Source: Octopus sinensis
Lineage: Eukaryota
DNA: 27,859 nt
Assembly: GCF_006345805.1 (NCBI RefSeq)
Contig: NW_021833374.1
Coordinates: 1-27,859, forward strand
Direction: 5' to 3'
The notes under the pieces are model-generated. The model did no database searches. It saw nothing but the letters and a program-made list of their open reading frames with translations, and was not told the origin of the DNA. The translations under genes and the position numbers were made by a program. Numbering within the stretch: position 1 is the stretch's first letter; every line of letters starts with the position of its first letter. This document shows positions 23,103-27,859 of the stretch, one piece after another.

Positions 23103-23845
23103 GCGTAGGCGTGGCTGTGTGGTAAGAAATGCGCTTCCTAATCACATGGTTCTGGGTTCAGCCCTACTGAGTGTCACATTAAAGTAAAAAATTTACTATT
23201 ATAGGCGCCGGAGTGGATGTGCGGTGAGTAGCTTGTTTACCAACCACATGGTTCCGGGTTCAGTCCCACTGCGTGGCATCTTGGGTAAGTGTCTTCTACT
23301 ATAGCCTCGGGCCAACCAAAGCCTTGTGAGTGGATTTGGTAGACGGAAACTGAAAGAAGCCCGTCGTGTATATGTATATATATATATATATGCGTGTGTG
23401 TATATATTTGTGTGTCTGTGTTTGTCTCCCTAGCATTGCTTGACAACCGATGCTGGTGTGTTTATGTCCCCGTTACTTAGCGGTTTGGCAAAGAGACCAA
23501 TAGGATAAGTACTGGGCTTACAAAAGAATAAGTCCCGGGGTCGAGTTGCTCGATTAAAGGCGGTGCTCCAGCATGGCCGCAGTCAAATGACTGAAACAAG
23601 TAAAAGAGTAAAAGAGAGTAAAAGAGTATAGACTCAGCCCACTGAGTCTTGAGCGTGGATTTTGTTGATGGAGACAGCCCCGTTGTGTATATGTATATTT
23701 GTGTGTGAGAGAAAGAGAGAGAGAGAGGGGGAGAGGGGGAGAGGGGGAGAGATAGTGCGTGTGTGTGTTCGTCTCCCACCACTGCTTGACAACCGATACT
23801 GGTTTGTCTGTATCCCTTTACATTAGCTCTTAGGCAATAAGGATA
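23103..23845 (+). mobile_element. old SINE-A split by a younger SINE-A (parts 23103-23203 and 23629-23845)
   Basis: The head ends ...ACTATTATA. The remainder resumes TAGACTCAGCCC (consensus TAGCCTCGGGCC) and continues to CCACCACTGCTTGACAACCGAT. Confidence 0.75.
23204..23628 (+). mobile_element. full-length SINE-A
   Basis: Colinear with 3316-3713; tail has three (TAAAAGAG)-type units. Confidence 0.93.
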
Positions 23846-24339
23846 GTCAGATTTCGTTTCAGGCTTAAAAATATAGGCAATAGTCGAGAAAGTCATATTT
23901 GGAATACCTTTGACATTAGATCACCGAAGGGACATATTTGACGTGGACGAGTGTTATTTCTGGATACAGAAAAAAAGTCAAGGTGGTCATATCCGGAAGG
24001 ATTTTGCCCATAAGACTTACTGGATCACCCTAACCAAAAACAAAACAGACATAACTCATTTCACTCAATATAAGTTACTGCCATTCCCATTGACTAACAC
24101 CCCCCACACACACATTCACAGGATCGGTAATGGCATTAAAGCAATTAATTATGCACGGAAGACATATTTCGACAACTGTACATCATCCCTCCGAAATAGA
24201 TTTGAGTCATTTTTTCTTCCAATCTATCTAATAAATATTTGTTTAATATTATTACTTGCCCAAATCGGATTCCTTGGACAAATACACACATACACATACA
24301 TAGCATGTATATGTGTATAAGTGTATGTGCGTGTGTGTA

Positions 24340-24760
24340 TGTATGCATATAGATATATAGATGCATGTGTATACGGATGCGTAAATATATATTTACATAT
24401 ATCTATCTATCTATATGTATGTATGTGTGTATGTATAATCATGAGATGGTCAGAATTTTAGATGCATATATATATACATATATATATATATATATGTATA
24501 TATATATGTATATATGTATGCATACATATATACATAGATAGATATAGATATAGTTATAGATATACGTATATATGTATATATATATATTTATATGTATGTA
24601 TATATATTTATAGATATATGTATATATATATATACTTACATATATATGTATATATGTATGTATATATATATATGCATGTATCTTACTCTATACATATATA
24701 TTTATATAAGAATACATACATGCGTCTGCGTGTGTGTGTGTGTCACACATATATACATAC
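24340..24760. repeat. TA-rich low-complexity tract
   Basis: Directly visible. Confidence 0.9.
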
Positions 24761-25024
24761 AAATAGAGACAAAAACACATGGAGTAGGAACACGCACATT
24801 CATACACACTCCCGCACAGTCAGGCATACATACGCAAGCTGATAAACACGCGTTCGCCACACTAATACACACTATTAAACTCCATCAATACTAATTGGTT
24901 TGCTTCAATCAGTGTTGACCCAGAGGCTAAAGCATCGCCACCACCATCGCCATGCACTGTTTATACATTCACTTTTGTCATATATTCCATTACCATTTTA
25001 TTTATAATCACTAGATTCATTTCA

Positions 25025-25195
25025 CGTGGCGAAATGTCAGAAACGGCGGAGAGGGGAGAAAAACGCCTTGCAGCGTTTTAGCTGATTCTTCGTGTGCTCT
25101 GTTCAAATTCTGCTGAGATTCGTTCGATTTTCTCTTCATCCAGGGTCGTCAAACTAAAGTACCTGTTATACACTGGTGTCGATTTAATCAACTGC
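25025..25195 (+). mobile_element. highly decayed SINE-B
   Basis: GTTCAAATTCTGCTGAG...TTCATCCAGGGTCG...AAGTACCTGTT...ACTGGTGTCGATTTAATCAACT. Confidence 0.55.
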
Positions 25196-25322
25196 CGCTC
25201 TGGGTATACGCGGAAGGCGAGTATATGCACAGCTTCTCGCCCATGCATAGTTCTCTGACGATACTTTTCGACAGCTGGACAGATATGTGTACTGCTTAAA
25301 TACCTGTATGACCTTATAAAGT

Positions 25323-25620
25323 GGAGGCGCAATGGCCCAGTGATTAGGACAGCGAACGCGCGGTCGGAGGATCGCGGTTTCGATTCCCAGACCGTTATGT
25401 GTGTTTATTGAGCGAAAACACCTAGAACCTCCATGAGGCTCCGACAGGCGGTGGTGGCGACCTCTGTTGTACTCATTCGCAACAACTTTCTCTCACTCTC
25501 TCTTCCTGTTTCTTGAGTAACTTTGCGATGGACTGGCGTCACGTCCAGCTGGGGGGAACACACACGCCACAGAAACCGGGAAACCGGGCCCATGAGCCTG
25601 GGTAGACTTGAAAAGGGCGA
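25323..25620 (+). mobile_element. full-length SINE-C with tail T2
   Basis: Head nearly identical to 9544; body; then GCGATGGACTGGCGTCACGTCCAGCTGGGGGG...AGAAACCGGGAAACCGGG tail. Confidence 0.9.
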
Positions 25621-25629
25621 CGTTTATCG

Positions 25630-25630
25630 G

Positions 25631-25726
<96 letters not shown>

Positions 25727-26026
25727 TCGTTATGAGTGTGTGTGTTGTGTGTGTGTGTGCGCGTGTTTGCGCGCGTGAGTTAGAATGTGTATGTGTTCAT
25801 CTACAAATAGATAAATATATATATATATATATATATATACAGCGAGAGAGAGGGAGACAGAGACATAGGCTAAGAAATAGATAGATACGTACATACATAC
25901 GTACATACATACACACATACATACATACATACATAATATATACATACATACATACATACATTCATACATACATACATACATACATACATACATACATACA
26001 TACATACATACATACATACATACATA
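25630..26026. repeat. (TA)n-(TG)n, short GA/GATA patch, then (CATA)n
   Basis: Directly visible. Confidence 0.93.
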
Positions 26027-26567
26027 GAGACGTGAATATATAAGTAGATCTTAGGTTCTCAGCCCATTTGTTTAAATTTGAAGCAATCCAGTGATTCCAC
26101 GACTAACGTAAAATGTCTTATTTATTAATTAGGTTTCCTCTGACGAAGCTCAAGAAATGTCTGAAACCAATGTTTTATGAGAAGGAAAGACAATTTGTCA
26201 GAGCCAAAATAGTCTTCTTGGAAAAGAACGGAAAATTCGTGTAGACATTATAAATATTGTTCTTTTTAATGTTTGTAAATTTCTTTCTGGAAACCGAAAC
26301 ATTCGTCGAAGCTTGTGAATTATGTTCATCCTTTGACATAGTTGGTTTTATATGTTGAAAGGAATGTCTGCCCCTAATTCAGAACAGATCAACATAAGTA
26401 GGACACGTACGGTACAGGCTAAATAATGTCATAATGTATTGATTCAAAGCCCATTGTACTTGTCTAGGTAACTGGACATATATATATCATACATATATAT
26501 ATACATATATACATATACAGACATACTTACAAATATAAAATATATTTGTGTGCATACATATATATGG

Positions 26568-26780
26568 CCATGCTGATTCGCTAGCCTCTGCACGCATTTT
26601 TTTTCTCTCCTTGTTTCTTTCTGTGTTTCTTTTCTGTGTATCTTTCTGTCGAAGAGCATAGGCTCGAAACGTAAAAGACTTGTTCTATTTCTATTCCTGA
26701 GCGCCATACTAAACATTTGTTTGTTTGTATTCCACCTGCCTTCGTCTTTTGGTTATTATCGTAAAGCTTCCCGTTATATG
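26568..26780 (+). mobile_element. Penelope-like terminal-repeat fragment
   Basis: Pyrimidine-rich leader plus a minimal hammerhead layout. The class assignment rests on the established association of such motifs with Penelope-like elements. Confidence 0.6.
26641..26678 (+). ncRNA. minimal type-I hammerhead ribozyme-like motif, variant core CUGUCGA
   Basis: Stem I TCTTT (26641-45) / AAAGA (26674-78). Core CTGTCGA+A. Stem II GAGC-ATAG-GCTC. GAAAC, palindromic ACGT, putative cleavage triplet GUA (26671-73). Confidence 0.65.
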
Positions 26781-26785
26781 CATGT

Positions 26786-26846
<61 letters not shown>

Positions 26847-27167
26847 CCATGGCTCAGTGGTTAGAGCGTTGAGCTTACGATCGTGAGTTGTGAGTTCGAT
26901 TACCGGACCGGGCTGCGTGTTGTGTTCTTGAGCAAGACACTTTATTTCACATTGCTCCAGTTCACTCAGCTGTAGAAATGAGTTGCAACATCACCGGTGC
27001 CAAGCTGTATCGCTTTTCCTTTGGATAACATCAGGGGTGTGGAGAGGAGAGGCTGGTATGCATGGGTGACTGCTGGCCTTCAACAAACAACTCTGCCCGG
27101 ACTTGTGCCTCGGAGGGGAACTTTCTAGGTGCAATCCCATGGTCATTCATGAACGAAAGGGGGTCTC
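26847..27167 (+). mobile_element. full-length SINE-D (tRNA head, CORE-like block, own tail)
   Basis: A box TGGCTCAGTGG (26850-60), B box GAGTTCGATTACC (26892-26904), CTTGAGCAAGACACTT block, tail ending GGGGTCTC. Confidence 0.88.
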
Positions 27168-27193
27168 CATATCTCACACAACACACACACACA

Positions 27194-27224
<31 letters not shown>

Positions 27225-27277
27225 TACACACACAGACTCTCTCACACACACACATATATGTAAAAGGTATTTGTCTA

Positions 27278-27859
27278 TACGAGGTCTGATCAATAAGTAT
27301 CGAAACTGTTGCCATAGTAACGAAACAAAAGCACGCAGAGTAAAGTTGTTTGGCACAGTTTGATCTTGGCCTCTGTTGTGCATGCGCACTAAGTTTTAAT
27401 GTTCTAGCTAACTTCCGATCTGTACAGCAGTGCTTGGAAATAACGTGTGTAGCGTCTGATCGTTAGGATGACCATGACAGAGAAAGTTGTCATGGCAATA
27501 CCTGCTCAGAGGCGTACGCAAAGTTGTAGGAAGTGTATGAACAGTGCACAAGAGTACGAGTGTTTTAGACGATTCCATGAAGGCTGAAAAATGTCGATTT
27601 TGACGAACATTTTGGGAATCCCGCAACCAATAGAACTGAGCAAAACATTGCAGATGTGCGTGCAGCTGTGAGAGGAAATCGTCGAATCACCATCCGTGAA
27701 TTATCAGAGGATGTGCAGATTAGTTACGGGTCAGTTCAGTCCATTATCACTGAAGATTTGTGCATTATACGCGTGTCTGCCATGTTTGAGCCAAAACTGC
27801 TTTCGGTTGACACCCGGATTTAAGTTACACAAGATCTCCTTAATTGTGTCGAGAACGAT
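27278..27859 (+). mobile_element. mariner element 5' part with pseudogenised transposase (continues past the window)
   Basis: TA-CGAGGTCTGATCAATAAGT terminus. Manual translation: ...NRRITIRELSEDVQISYGSVQSIITEDLCIIRVSAMFEPKLLS..., i.e. the second HTH plus a WVPKLL-like linker (27785-27802). Stops and deletions are present. The terminus resembles irritans-type mariners (from recall). Confidence 0.9.

Noticed and set aside
23910-24320. 136-aa ORF with IFDVDECYFW, reminiscent of pogo IFNxDETG
   Set aside because: The downstream residues do not follow the pogo DDE pattern, no TIRs are seen, and the DNA shows a weak internal duplication (GTCATAT..GGAA...GATCACC) more consistent with decayed repeat.

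Overview
Repeat-saturated, AT-rich eukaryotic intergenic or intronic DNA. The repeat repertoire (tRNA-headed CORE-type SINEs, long GATA/CA/TA arrays) suggests a coleoid cephalopod, probably Octopus; this is an inference. I can support no intact protein-coding gene or RNA gene. Nearly every listed ORF is a translation of microsatellite or SINE sequence. The window contains: (i) many copies of at least four tRNA-derived SINE families (working names A-D) with nested, tandem and module-swapped arrangements; (ii) Tc1/mariner relics: an internally deleted maT/DD37D element, a mariner 5' half running off the window end, a tandem pair of mariner MITEs and a pogo/Tc2-like MITE; (iii) a Penelope-like terminal fragment carrying a minimal hammerhead-ribozyme fold with a variant core; (iv) three copies of a short headless retroelement-like unit, always embedded in (GATA)n arrays in the same orientation and sharing its 3' end with SINE-B; (v) extensive microsatellites. 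All alignments and identities were done by eye, and coordinates of decayed elements are approximate.
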